Source of the DNA: Chlorokybus atmophyticus
Lineage: Eukaryota > Plantae > Mesostigma and Chlorokybus algae
Reading direction: 5' to 3'
NCBI GenBank assembly: GCA_009103225.1
Contig: RHPI01001946.1
Span: 209,330-273,329, forward strand
Length of the DNA stretch: 64,000 bases
Positions 49,901-62,434 of the stretch are shown here, piece after piece (positions within the stretch are counted from its first letter, which is position 1; each line of letters starts with the position of its first letter). The notes beneath the pieces are model-generated. The model was not told where the DNA came from. It ran no database searches and saw only the letters and a list, made by a program, of their open reading frames with translations. The position numbers and the translations under genes are program-made.

Positions 49901-52872
49901 TGCGCGTGCACGGACGCATGTGATAATGTCATTGCTTACAACCATGTTCAAACTTAATGACAACTGTGGCATCATCTATCTTTGCCTTGCCTGTATGGGT
50001 ATGCCAATGGGGTTGAGATCAGTGTCATGGAGGGTTGCCAGGATGCCAATGATGAGGAAGATGTCTTTCGTCTTGGTGAAACACAATCTCACGATGCGGG
50101 TTTGATCGCTTGGGTTTGACACCGTCACCAGCACGCGCTCGATGCGGTTCCAGCGTGGGTCCCCGAGCGGCATCTGTCTGCAGAGACAAGTTGGAAGAAA
50201 TGAATTTGAGTGTTGGCAGAATCAATATTGCAAAGCATGCATGCACCTACTTGTCGTTGCGAAGCACGATTTCATGCCAGCCTTGAGCTTCCACATATTT
50301 CACTGGCAGGTCACACACCTCCAGAGGCATTGTCTGCAGCAACAACAAGGTTGATATATAACCAAAGCTATATCTTTGTCAATCGCTGGGGCGTGCACAT
50401 GCACGCACACGTGCGCAGCCCCGCGCTCACATACATGCACACTCAAGGGCATGCACGCGCGCACACACATACCTGGTCAGCCTTGACTTTAATGGGTGTG
50501 CTCAAATCATTCAAACCCTTCTCAGCTTGGTTGAAGTACGCCACTAGCGTCACCGACCGCTGAGTCATAGGCAGCCAACTGGGCACAGAGCAATCATCAC
50601 CGAATACACAACACTCACCCAACACACACACACCCACCCACACCACAACACCACACAGATAACATACCTGCCCTCAGGCCTACTGGTAACAGTCCCATCC
50701 TCGACCGTTGCATCGCACGAGCCCGCTATAGTGAAAGCAGAACCGAGGCCAGGTGCGTTCAGCTTTATGAATAAATGTGTCTCGGCGCAGTCGCCGTGTT
50801 GGGGAGTTGCGTGAAGCGTGAAGGCCGCGCGGTCGGGCCAAGAGGAGACCTCGATCGAGGAGCAGTGCATGGCAGGGGCGCCGGCTGTTGATAGACATGT
50901 TGTAGGTGTAATGGATGAGTGGTGAGACGGTCAGCATAAGTGACACGGGTGCTTGAATGTGCGCGTGTGTGCGTGTGCACATGCGTGTGTATGCATGCAG
51001 GTGCGCGTGTGTCCAACATGCCTGAATATGTGCGTGAGTGTGTGTGCATGTATGTATGACCGTACTTGACCATGTGAGGGAGTCGAAGATGCGACGGTTG
51101 AACCAGCGGCCATGCTCAATGAGCCTGTTTTTCATGTTGAAGCTGCCAACAGGCGCACACAAGCAGCACACGTTCAGTATGTGGTACGGGAATCACTTCA
51201 AAGGGCAAATCCAACAAAGCTCCAGACACAACTCACTCGCCACACGTGCCGGTCGCAGTGTATGTAATCCCGTTGTGTATCATCCCAAAGGTGATGCTCG
51301 CGTCGCCTTGGCACCCTTTCTGGATCATGTCATTGCCAACATTGACAGCAAACGCCTCTGCAAACACCCAAACTGTTAAGCCACCCCACAACACATACCC
51401 AACAAACACCCATCTCAGTCAACTAACCAGACACTCGCTGCGGCAGCGCCCCAAACTTTAGTAGTTCGAGCGTGTTGTAACGGAGTTCGAAGCCGTAGCG
51501 GCTGCTTTGGACCGCGACGACGAGGTTGTTTTTGTCGCGCTGCCCATTCTTCCAATACATGTAAGAGTAGTCGGCCACAGATGCCACCGCCGAGTCCGGT
51601 ATGCACTGTTTTCCCGTTGGCCCGGGCCTGTGGAAGAAAGTATACTAGTTATTACACAGGACGAAAGAAGCATGCTTTAGCCGTTGGGACTGAGTGACTG
51701 CAGGAATGGAATGCTTAATTGGGTGAATGCTGGACTGATGAGTGCGTGTGTGCATGTATGCATGAACTAATAAACGAGTGACCACATCAAAGACCACATG
51801 GACAAACGAGAATCTGACTTTTGGACACGATCTATCAAAGGCCTCGTTAAACAGCAATCAAGGCAGTTAGATAAGACGGGCACAAGGGGTTGGCATGCAG
51901 TTGTGCTTGCACCAGCGTCCCCTACAGTATGCTGTCTTGACGCACATTACGTGTTGTGCGCTCAGTTGCAGCTTGCATATGTGGGGAGTCATTCACTGAA
52001 GGTCACGCACCCGCACCATCACGCATGTGGCACTATCCAATGACGATCATGCAAGTTGCTTGCATTCAAATTACGAGCCCACTATCTGTGTGCATGTTAT
52101 CAATCCAAGTTCAGTTCTGTGGGATTGACATCTCTTCATGCACAGTTGGCAAGCATTGTGCTTTGGTGTGCCGGACACACAACAACAGTGTGGCTGTGAT
52201 GAGGGCACAACTTCCTCAACTTCCTTTCATTCTCACAAAAGTGCAGTGCTGAAAATCAAGCAAGCAGACATAGCACAACCGCGAAGCTAAGTTCAACTGC
52301 AAAGATCATGAGATGCATGGCAGCATGCATGCATGCATTCGCATGACATTTCACGTCATGCAACATGCTCATCTCACATACTGAGCTAGCATTGGCTTGG
52401 CAAGCAGGAGAAACCCTTGCATGCACCGTTGGCAGCTGACTGTGCTTGCATAGACCACACACATATCTGCAACATTCTTTCGAACTTACCTCTTCCCAGG
52501 CTCTCCTCCCCCAGGCCTGTGCGGCTTCTCCTCCTCTCCGCCTTCATGGCGCCGACCACCACCACCCTGTCCACCCTGTCCTCCTCCTCGTCCACCCCCA
52601 CGCCCGCCTCCTTGTCCACCGCCTCTCTGTCGTCCTCCATGCGCTCCGCCGTCGTTGACACAAGTCTGGTTGTCGTCGCTAACCAAGCTTTTCAGCTCAT
52701 CTTTCAGTTTATTTTTCAGCCAGTCCATTGCGGGACACTCCTGCGTCTGCGCCTCGGCGGCGACGCCTGGAAAGAGGTCGCCGGCGATCAGGACGACAAC
52801 GACAACAATGCCAGCAGCAAAAACAGTAGTGTCGCTGTGGCACTGACTGCGACAGCGTCTTCGGTATTGCAT
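46940..52872 (-). CDS. Copy C: uncharacterised ~900-aa secreted/anchored protein, ~20 exons, Gly-rich leader; apparently intact
   Basis: Exon 1 is MQYRRR...AAGIVVVVVLIAG (signal/anchor) plus a Gly-rich tract. Later exons give DYSYMYWKNG, LIEHGRWFNRR, WPDRAAF, VSKNWD, WGGAP, WDQ, WGENFCYEPDQ, GWTQNVGGADF, RSDDAARA, GGLGYLAMTF, DQAVHGKDFWQ, ending AALGPAVQMKTW* (TGA 46942-46940). Joints checked by hand stay in frame. Confidence 0.85.
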
Positions 52873-53119
52873 ATTGTTGTATTCCTTGCCAATTCCAGCT
52901 CGCATTTCACGCATGGCATGCGCGCCGTTTCTGCCACGGCGTACAGGTGTCACGTGAGATCCATCATGCAAACAAGGACTACTTTTGCATGTTGCATAGT
53001 TGTGTGACACAACTTGCGTCCCTCTTGTTTTGGATCGGAGGGACACAACTTGCTTGTTTGCATTGGCTCTTGTAGAAGGCAGGCAAAAAGCATAGGATTA
53101 TAAGTAGATATGCAACTTG

Positions 53120-54950
53120 ACATGGTATACAGTAAATGGCTGTGATGTACGGATGCGATCCTTTGGGGGCTAATCAATAAAATTTAATAAGGCAATTGAT
53201 GTTAAGTGCATACAAGCCGTTACGGCAGCCAGGGATCTGGGCGTGATACATAAGAATAGAAGTAGCCATAAATTCCGTCACGGTCTTTTATAGCTTGGAT
53301 GGCCGGACCTCTGTTGTAACACAAGCGAACAACCAAAGGATAGCACAAGCACGTGATGAGGAGTACATGCACCCACTTGTGTATGCTTTCAAGCAGCTCC
53401 ATTGAAGGATATATGTATAAAACAAGTCAATGAAGCATACTGCTATGGCGTGTTACAGTATCTGACTGCTTTTAACTTGCATTTTTACGAATTTAAACTT
53501 AAGACAGTCAATGTCCGACATGGCATGTCCCCCATGCTGCTACTGATACACAACACTGCAACTCCATACAATACCTACTTCTTTTTTTACATGCATTATT
53601 GTGTCTATCTACATGTGCAGCTAGACATGATATACATGTATATTACACAAAAGCTCTTTTTGTATTCTTCTTGTTAGTATACTTGTTAAGCAGGATTTAA
53701 AGAGTGACAAAGTTATGCATGACTCTTGCACACAGTGCAATTGTGAAGATTAATGTACACTTACCACGATAGTCTCAGGGTAGGCTAATGACATATGACA
53801 CAACACAAATGATACATTGTAGAGTAACTACTCTACAATGTATACACACTCATCAATTTATTATGCGAGCAATATAACATGGTAAGCAAGTTCCTTTTTA
53901 TGGGAACCTGCTTACTATTGGTATAATATACTCACATATAATATACTCGTACATACATATGTTCGGTCACACAATCGCCGATGAGTTACAACAAATACGC
54001 GACAACTTGGCTCGCACGTCTAAATTTTAAGACAACCATATACGATTACACCACATGCAAGTCAAGGCTGCCTTCACTTGCTCCTTCAACTAAAACTTTG
54101 ATCCACACCGCCGATAATGCCGCACGCGTGTACTCGCTCATGAAAGATTTTAATGGATGAAAATCCCTTCCACCAGTGTTTCTCCACTCGCAACTTTTGA
54201 AATCAACCCGATCGCATATATATAATCCAAGTGACTTCAATGTCCAAATTACGCTTCCGCAACTCATGTCACAGTATTGAGTACGCTTCCTCTCACTCGA
54301 TGACATTCTATCTACCTTCCCATCACAAAATATGCTCCCACAAGCATGACCAATTACGTCGCGCCTACGAGCAGGCCACAATCTGTTATGCCCTTATCTG
54401 GAGTAACTTACTGCAGGTAGGGGAGTTAAATAGTCTCGGGATAGTATTCCGAAACAATCCAATTCAAGCTGCTAAGCGCGCAAGTATAGCATGTAAGTAA
54501 TGTTTATGAGGTTGGGTTACTTATTGTATTATACTACTCAAAGTGCCAACCGTTGGCACTATAAGATGACCTTGTATATGTGTGCATCATGATATAGACA
54601 TGACATTGAAGGCATGTTAGCATGCCATGAAGCGTACTTGACACTGATGTTGATTACGCAAGGCATTGCATACCAAATGAGCAGCAGTTACAGGAATACA
54701 ACATGTGATACAAGATGATATGCAAGCGCAATGGTACACTCACACTATTTGATGTATATTTACACAACATGTAGTAAATGTTACAATGTTAGTTGAACAT
54801 TGTCGATTACGCACACATGGTTTATGGATTAGTCCGCCATTGTTGCCACTGCCATGTCCGGGATGCACTACTTGGCCGGCCCAGGCCTGCCAAGGAAGAT
54901 ATAAAAGTTACACGGGACAAACATGATGGACAAGCTGGTTTGAGACTGCT
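53120..54950. other. AT-rich block between the two duplicated exon-1 units; probable inserted-element relic
   Basis: Composition shifts to AT-rich, there is no spliceable gene, three palindromes are present (53812-53843, ~53882-53915, 54542-54560), and the block truncates the orphan duplicate. Confidence 0.35.
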
Positions 54951-54959
54951 AATAATAAA

Positions 54960-56330
54960 ACAACACTCACTCGAGTCAATAAGCAGTTAAGTGACTGCAT
55001 GATGGGATGACTGGATGTACTCAAGTATGTGTGAGAGCATGCTTGCATGCACAAACGCAGTAATGAGTAATCAGATGCAAGAACAAGAAGAAACAAAAGG
55101 TCTTCTCCATGCATACATGCGGGGACGCCAATGCCGAACGTCATCACAAGCCTTGTATTACAGCAGCTGATAGGCTGGGCACAAGGGGTTGGCGTGCAGC
55201 TATGCATGCAGCGGTTGGTTACACATGCCATCATGACAATCACAGGGTGCAGTACATGTCTCGTCTAGTATCATGTGTTTTCGTAGTGTCACTCAGTGAT
55301 GGTGCAGCACGCAGATGTGACTGTGCGAGTTGCTTACATTATGAAACTCCTACCGATTATTGCGTCTTGCATGCACATTGTCAATGAAAATTCAGTATGA
55401 ATCCACACAGCTGCGTGTATGCGCTCTGCAAGCAATGCGTATTGGTGTGCCATACACACAACAGTGTTTCTGATGATGGCAAACCTTGCTATTACTTGAA
55501 CAAGAGTGTAATGCTAACTACATGAGCATGCCAATGCAGCTCAAGCTAGACGCTCAGCTGCAAAGGTTATGAGAAGAGTATGGCATCAAGCATGCAAGCA
55601 TGCCATGGCACGACATGTCACATCGTGCATACTTCACATCTACAGCTTACATTCACTTGACATCAAGACAAGCGTGACAAAACCTTGCATGCTTGATGCC
55701 ATGCAGGTGCGCCTCTATCCGGCTTACCTCTTGCCAGGCTTTCCTCCACCAGGCCTATGCGTCTTCTCCTGTCCACCTTCATGGTGACCACCTCCACCAC
55801 CCCGTCCATGTCCTTGTCCATGCCCACCTCCTTGTCCATCGCCGTTATGTCGTCCTCCATGCGCTCCGCCCTCGTCACCCATGCTCTTGAAGCATGCCAC
55901 AACCGTTTTGTAGTATCTCAGCCAGAAGAGTACACGGCCTTCGCCTGGGAGGCGACGCCGCGGGGGAGGACGACGACGACAATGCCAGCGGCGGCAACAA
56001 CGATGTCACTGTGACACTGACACTGGCTGTCACAACATAAGCGTCTTTGCTATTGCGTTGCATTCCGTTCCATTTCTCACGTTTTTAGAACGTAACACGC
56101 ATGGCAAGCCATGGGCCGTAGCCCACTGTGCGCCATTGATGCCACGGCGTATAGGTGTCACGATGCCCACTAGGACTATTTATGAATGTTGCATGGTTGT
56201 GTTCTTCCCTTTCGTGGTTTTGTTAATCAGGAACATTGTCGCTAGGGTTGGTGAGAGGGACAGGAGTAAGCACATCACAAAACATGTTCTGTAAAGGCGG
56301 AAGCTGTGTTAAAAGGCATGACAACTTGCA
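54960..56330 (-). pseudogene. Orphan duplicate of copy C upstream region, exon 1 and intron 1 (fourth, 5'-only family fragment)
   Basis: 55724-56070 mirrors exon 1 (AAGIVVVVL..., DEGGAHGGRH..GQGGGHGQ..RPGGGKPGKR|gtaag) with frameshifts and a stop. 54960-55700 matches intron 1 (e.g. GGGCACAAGGGGTTGGC at ~51877 and ~55177). No downstream exons follow. Confidence 0.8.
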
Positions 56331-56705
56331 AATGCGTAAAATAATGAGTTCTTAATCACCATGACTATATGACTTCCTAGTGCAATCTCACGAAGCGCAA
56401 TAGCTACAGACTCACGAGGATGATTTCATTTCGTATGGTTGAAATTTAATTGGTTATGTTTATCAACCGCATTCTTGATGTTGCACCAGTCTCAAATCGC
56501 CGTATGTTTTGCAATTTATATCATGCGTCATTATTAAAGTATAATGTCACATACATATGATATCATTTCGTTTTGTTTCACAGCAGGGCCAATACATATG
56601 ACAAGACTGTTTGCATTAAACTACGACAGAGTAACACAACATCATATGACCAACAATCGCTCACTCAGATTGGTGTTGGTATATAAGCATGTGGGCCCCC
56701 TTTTT

Positions 56706-56707
<2 letters not shown>

Positions 56708-56749
<42 letters not shown>

Positions 56750-56818
56750 TAAAAGCANNNNNNNNNNNNNNNNNNNNNNNNNNNNNNNNNNNNNNNNNNN
56801 NNNNNNNNNNNNNNNNNN
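56708..56818. other. Poly-G tract and assembly gap (Ns 56758-56818)
   Basis: Seen directly in the sequence. Confidence 0.97.
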
Positions 56819-57741
56819 GGGGGGGGGGGGGGGGGCGAAAGGGGGGGGGGACATGCTGTAGTTCGTGTCCATTAAATTGGATTAGCTGGTGATAGGAAGG
56901 TAAGGGAGGGGCAAGCAGCAGGCAAGGCAAGCGCCTAAGCAAAGGATACATATTCTTGAAAGGTCACAAGCAAACATTGATCATCTTTATTGTGTTATAA
57001 CACTGTTATGATAGAATGAAATGTGACAATTGAGCATGAGTTGAGCAGCTTACCTTAGCTTACATCCAGCTTATCAACGTGTACTTTCTTTACCTATCCA
57101 ACATAAGTCATGCCACAACATGCTATGCAAGCGATGATGCAGCCGCAGATTGGTCATATAGCACACGTCTTGAATTGCGCCTCTTGCTGCACGAGTCTCA
57201 TTGCAGTAAGAGTCTTGCATGCAGAGCTGCGTAACATTGGCAGGTAGGCATGCTTTGTTGAAGTAACGGTGCTCCATCTACTACTCACATCATTTAGGTT
57301 TACAATTGACTCAACCACCTGCTTCACACAAGTTTCTCTAACACACCATGCAACAAATAAAGTTTCACACACTTCGTGGACTGCTTCAGATACAAGTCAA
57401 CGACACATTGGTATTGCGCTACTCAGCTCGCATGGCATATAACTTTTATGTTGTGTCACAAAAAGTAGCAAGCCTGAACAGGTGCGACACACTTAGGAGG
57501 CGTATATAAGCCGTTCATATAGGCAGGAAGAACCCTATCAGTGCTATCTCCCAGCCGTGCTACTCACACCCTAAGCACCAGGAGGCTTGCACACTAAGAA
57601 CGAACAGACGCAGAAGGCGCATGTAAGCCAAATATGTAGGCAGGACGAACCTGTCTGTCCTTCTATGTTGCATTTTCCCTCCCACATAACTTACACTTTG
57701 CCTAGCCACAAGCAGGCTTGCATTGTTGACGAGGAACAACA

Positions 57742-60700
57742 TCACAGTGTTGTCGCATCCACCGCAGGTCCCACGGCAGCGCCTGCAAGGCTCACATCAG
57801 TAAGCAGTTATTGCCAAGTTACTGCCTCAGTCACTGTGCTTACGTGTTGGCCATGCGATCGGCTGCGTGTTCCAGGTTGGAATGCTAGACAGTACTGCAG
57901 CTGTCGGCATAGAGAAGCGGAACCAACGCGTCTTCACCGCGTCACCCGCATTGTCCACAGACACGCTGAAGGTCAACTCCCAGGTGCTGGATGAAGGCTC
58001 AAAGTCCGCCTGCACGCAGTGCAAAAGGGCTCAATTCAAATCCTCCAATTGTGTTTTGAACTGGTCGGATGCAACACTGTTGAACGCATGCAATATGGGG
58101 CGTTTGAGCTATATGTGTACATGCTTATGACGAAAGTCTAATCCAAGAAGCACTGTGCGCAAACATGTTTCTTGCAATGCGGTTGGACCTAACCAATACC
58201 GCTAGTACCTGCCAGAAGTCTTTGCCATGAATAGACTGGTCTACAACCTGCCAAGAAGTTCCGTCAAAGCTCATTTCCAGTTTCGGGTCCTCGAAGCCTG
58301 TCACGCCTGCGAAGGTCATTGCAAGGTAGCCGAGGCCGCCGGTGACTGAGAATTGCGCGTGGTTGGTATCATCAACCTGAGGAGTGGTGGATGTTAGGTC
58401 AAGTATCACTGATGTTGAGATCAGGCAGGTCAACGGTAACTAACCTGTATCATGAGAGGTCTCTCGCGAAGCAGCTGGCCAGCTGTGATGACATAAGTCG
58501 GCGTGTTGAGCGCGACTTCGCGATACATTAGGCGCCAAATGTTCTCCCACTTGAGAAGGGCGTTTTGCATGTTGACGTTCGGGCCATAATAGTCAGTGCG
58601 AAACTTGGGCAGGGCGACCTGTATAAGCCACATTATGCACATTATGCACATTATGCACATCAATGCTGCACACATTTGTACGGGACTGACTCAACACAAG
58701 ACACGACACACAGGCGTGTTGGTGTGCGCGCACAGATGCCTGCAGGCACCCACCCACGCGCGCATGCACACATGATTGTGCCACACCTGTTCAATGATGC
58801 AGTCGATGTAGTCACCAGCCTTCAAAGCATGCACTGAGGGCTGCGGAACCACCTCAATTATAGAGACCTGCCCGTTGGGCGCGTTGGTGGCGCCTGAATG
58901 TATGCCGCGTTCTGTAAAGGACAAAGTGCGTGAGTACGCCCACACACTGACGAATGACTGCGATGACTGGCTCAAGCACGAACCCGCCATGAATGGGTTA
59001 GAGGGCTGGCCATTCAGCACCGCACTCCATTGGGAAATGGTAAACCCGCGCGAGGCATCGGTGGCACCAACACCCTCTACGCTGGGGCTCTGCAAGGCGA
59101 TTGAATATCACGATCAGCATGGACAATGCAAAAACAGCAACATGTTCAAGTCAGTGTCTTTGCCTTTCACACCGAGATTACTTCACGGTGATGTTGTACC
59201 TGTGTAAATGAGACCCAATTCGTCTCGCCCTTCAGCTCATAGAACGGCGTTCTGTACGCATCTTTGCCGTTCACTGTTTACCAATTCTGTCAGGTAAGAA
59301 TGTGACATCCACGACCACATCTTTTACTGAGGCGCTAAGCGACATCACATGCCTTGGCCCAGCTTGCTGGTCCATTCAAGGAGTAGTCCAATCTCATCAC
59401 CATAAGCAAAATGGTAGTTGTATCCCCAAGAGTAAGTCGGGCTTCCCATCTGCATAGCAGAGCATTCGAGTCACAGTACGGGACAACGTGTAACTCCATC
59501 ATTACATATGGGAATGCAGTGACAGCAAACCAACCTGAAAGATAGGAAAGCGGTTGAATGTCACACCGGAGACCACATCAATGCGAAGGTGATACACAGC
59601 CCTCGCAGCATCATCGGAGCGCGCTATCAACGCAGTGTACTGGATCTTCATGTTGTTGTCTTGAGACTTGCCCGCATATGTTGTCTGCACGTTTGGGAAA
59701 AGGTGGTTGTGTGTGTTTGTGCGCTTGTGCATGTGTGTATGTGTACGTGTATGCAAACTGACTGCTGACCTCCGTCAAGAGAGGTCCCTGCCTCTTACGA
59801 TACGTGCGCATCTGCACATTGAATTGGGTCACTGGCGAGCCGGTATCGATTGCAGCAAAGTCGGCTCCGCCGACGTTCTGCGTCCACCCAAACTGCTCCC
59901 TCTTGCTCTAAACAACAAGTAACACATCAGCTGATGCCTTTACACAGTACTCCCAAGTGATATTCAACAGCCAGCACCAGCTCACCTTGTTGCCAAGCAC
60001 GTATAGCGGCCGTGTGTCTAGCACAGCGGCCCGCGTGGAACGCCCCTGATCAGGCTCATAACAAAACGTCTCGCCCCAAGCTCTGCCAAGTGTGTGCATG
60101 TGCTCGTGCGCATTTGTGTCTGTGAGCCCGGGCGCGTGCGCATGTGTGTGTGGGCGCGTGAGCGAACACTCACTCTCACATGTGCGCATGCACACGCGCA
60201 TGTGCATCAGCAGACAACAATGCTTCCACACAAGCACGCGCTTACGAGATGGCGGACTGGTCCCACTGCGTATTGGGCATCGCATACGTGAGCGACAGCT
60301 GCACGTGCGTGGCAGCGGGTGCCCCGCCCCAGAATGCATTCACCGTCGTGTACACCATCGACCACGTCGCCCCTGCCGGCACCTCCAATGCAACCAGTCC
60401 CCTGTACCACTTTGGGGAGATGTCCCAGTTCTTTGACACCTGCATGAAAGCACTACCCATAATGTCGTTGTTGTTGATGATGACGATGATGACGACTCTG
60501 TGCCTGTATAGGGATGCCGATGGGGTTAAGTTGGGTGTCGTGGAGGGTCCCAAGGATGCTGATAATGAGAAATATGTCTTGGATCTTGGAGAAAGACAGC
60601 CGCACAATGCGGGTTTGATCACTCGGGTTCGACACTGTCACCGTCACGCGCTCGATGCGGTTCCATCTCTCATCCCCAAGCGCACCCTGGCTGCGTGCAA

Positions 60701-62434
60701 CATAACATTCATTCGGCTGACCCGACAATACATAGCAAGAACAACACACGTTCTCATCATTGCGCAGGGAGATGTCGTGCCAGCCTTGCGCTTCCACATA
60801 TTGCACAGGAAGGTTGGAGACAGCCATTGGCAAAGTCTGCAAGACACGCACTTGTGTAAGTGCAAACAACACCCAACTGCGCTGCACTTGTGTTTGTACG
60901 GTGCGAGCAAATGCTGCGCAGTAAGCTTGCACACAGACTTGTATGTGTAACAGAGGACAGTACCTGGTCTGCGTTGACTGTGATGGGAGTGCTCAGATCC
61001 GTTGAACCACGCTCTGCATCATTGATAAATGCCACCAAAGTCACCGAGCGCTGTACTAATGGAGGCCAACTGCAAAGGTCAATTCCTTCAACATGACGAC
61101 AATGGTAATTTTTGATGATGATGATGATGATATACATGATATACGTGCCGGGCGGCCGGCTAGTGACGGTCCCGTCACTAAGAGAGGTGAAGCTGGAGCC
61201 CGCGATGGTGAAGGTGGAGCCCATACAAGCAGCACTTAGCTTGACAAACATGCGCGCATCCGCAGAGGTAAAGCCAGTGTCTTGAGGGGTGATCTGCAGG
61301 GAGAATGCCACCCGGTCGGGCCAGACAGATATCTCGATCGCCGAGCGGTTCATGGATGGGGCGCCAGCTGATAGTAAACAAGATCAATAATGTTCACAAG
61401 GCGTGCGAGGTTGTGCATGTGTGAGTATCATACATGACCATGTGAGGGAAGTGAACATGCGGCGATTGAACCAGCGGCCGTGTTCAATAAGCCTTGAATC
61501 GAGCAAGAAGCTGCAGAAAGCACACCAGAATGAGCACATGCAAGGACACATTACCGGCACCGATGCATTATAGGCAAAGTAACCAAGTCAGGAGTTATGG
61601 CTTACTTCCCAGATGTGCCGGTGACGGTGTATGTCACACCGTTGTATATGATCCCAAAGGTGATGCTGGGCGTGCTGGGCAGCCCGTCTTCAATCATCTC
61701 ATTGTCAACATTCAAAGCATATGCCTCTGCGTTGCAAACAACGACCAGTCAGTCAAACAAACCACGCACACGTGTGTATGCATGTGAGTGTACGCACACG
61801 CACACGCACGCGCACATGCACGTGCACGCGCAAGCGCGCGCATAGACACATAAAAAAGTAAGGCCTGCGCATGCACAGAGAGTGCCCTTATTAGCTGTGT
61901 GGTTGCCGGTCAACTTACCGGAGACGCGTTGCTGAAGACCCCCGAATGTCAGGAGCTGAACCTTATTGTAGTTGAGTTCGAACCCGTAGCGGCTGGTCTG
62001 GACAGCAACGACAAGGTTGTTGGGGTCCCGCACGCCGTTCTTCCAATACATGTACGCATAGTCCGCCACTGTCCCCACGGCCGTGTCGGGGATTGACGTT
62101 GTTGGCGCCACTGCTGCTGTCACTGCCTCGGATTGCGCCAACGGCAGCGGCGTATTAGGCTGTGGACTGCAAGCAACTCATGAACTGACGCGCATTGCAG
62201 GCATGGCTGAGGCAATCAATATGCACGCGAGTGAGCTTGCACGTACTGTCGGAGGACTTCAGCACTGAGAGTCATCTCGAGGTTGTCGTTATCGGACATG
62301 GTGCCGTTGCCTTGTGCTTGTTGCGCTCTCACGGGTGATGTGGCAAGAGCAAGGAGGGAGAACGCAATGAACAGAATGTGCGTTTGTGTTATCATGACAG
62401 AGTCCTGCGGAGTCCGTTGCAGGATGAAAGCCAT
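57742..62434 (-). CDS. Copy D: uncharacterised ~900-aa secreted/anchored protein, ~20 exons; apparently intact
   Basis: Exon 1 MAFILQ...ILFIAFSLLALATSPVRAQQAQG (signal-peptide-like with an AxA cleavage pattern). All downstream exons are collinear with copy C (DYAYMYWKNG, EHGRWFNRR, WPDRVAF, WGETFCYEPDQ, GWTQNVGGADF, DYYGPN, DQSIHGKDFWQ), ending AAVGPAVDATTL* (TGA 57744-57742). About 900-930 aa by hand count. Confidence 0.87.

Noticed and set aside
5614-56830. Long poly-G tracts beside three gaps as functional G-quadruplex elements
   Set aside because: All abut assembly gaps, so their length and even their existence may be sequencing or assembly artefacts. Long reads are needed before any claim.
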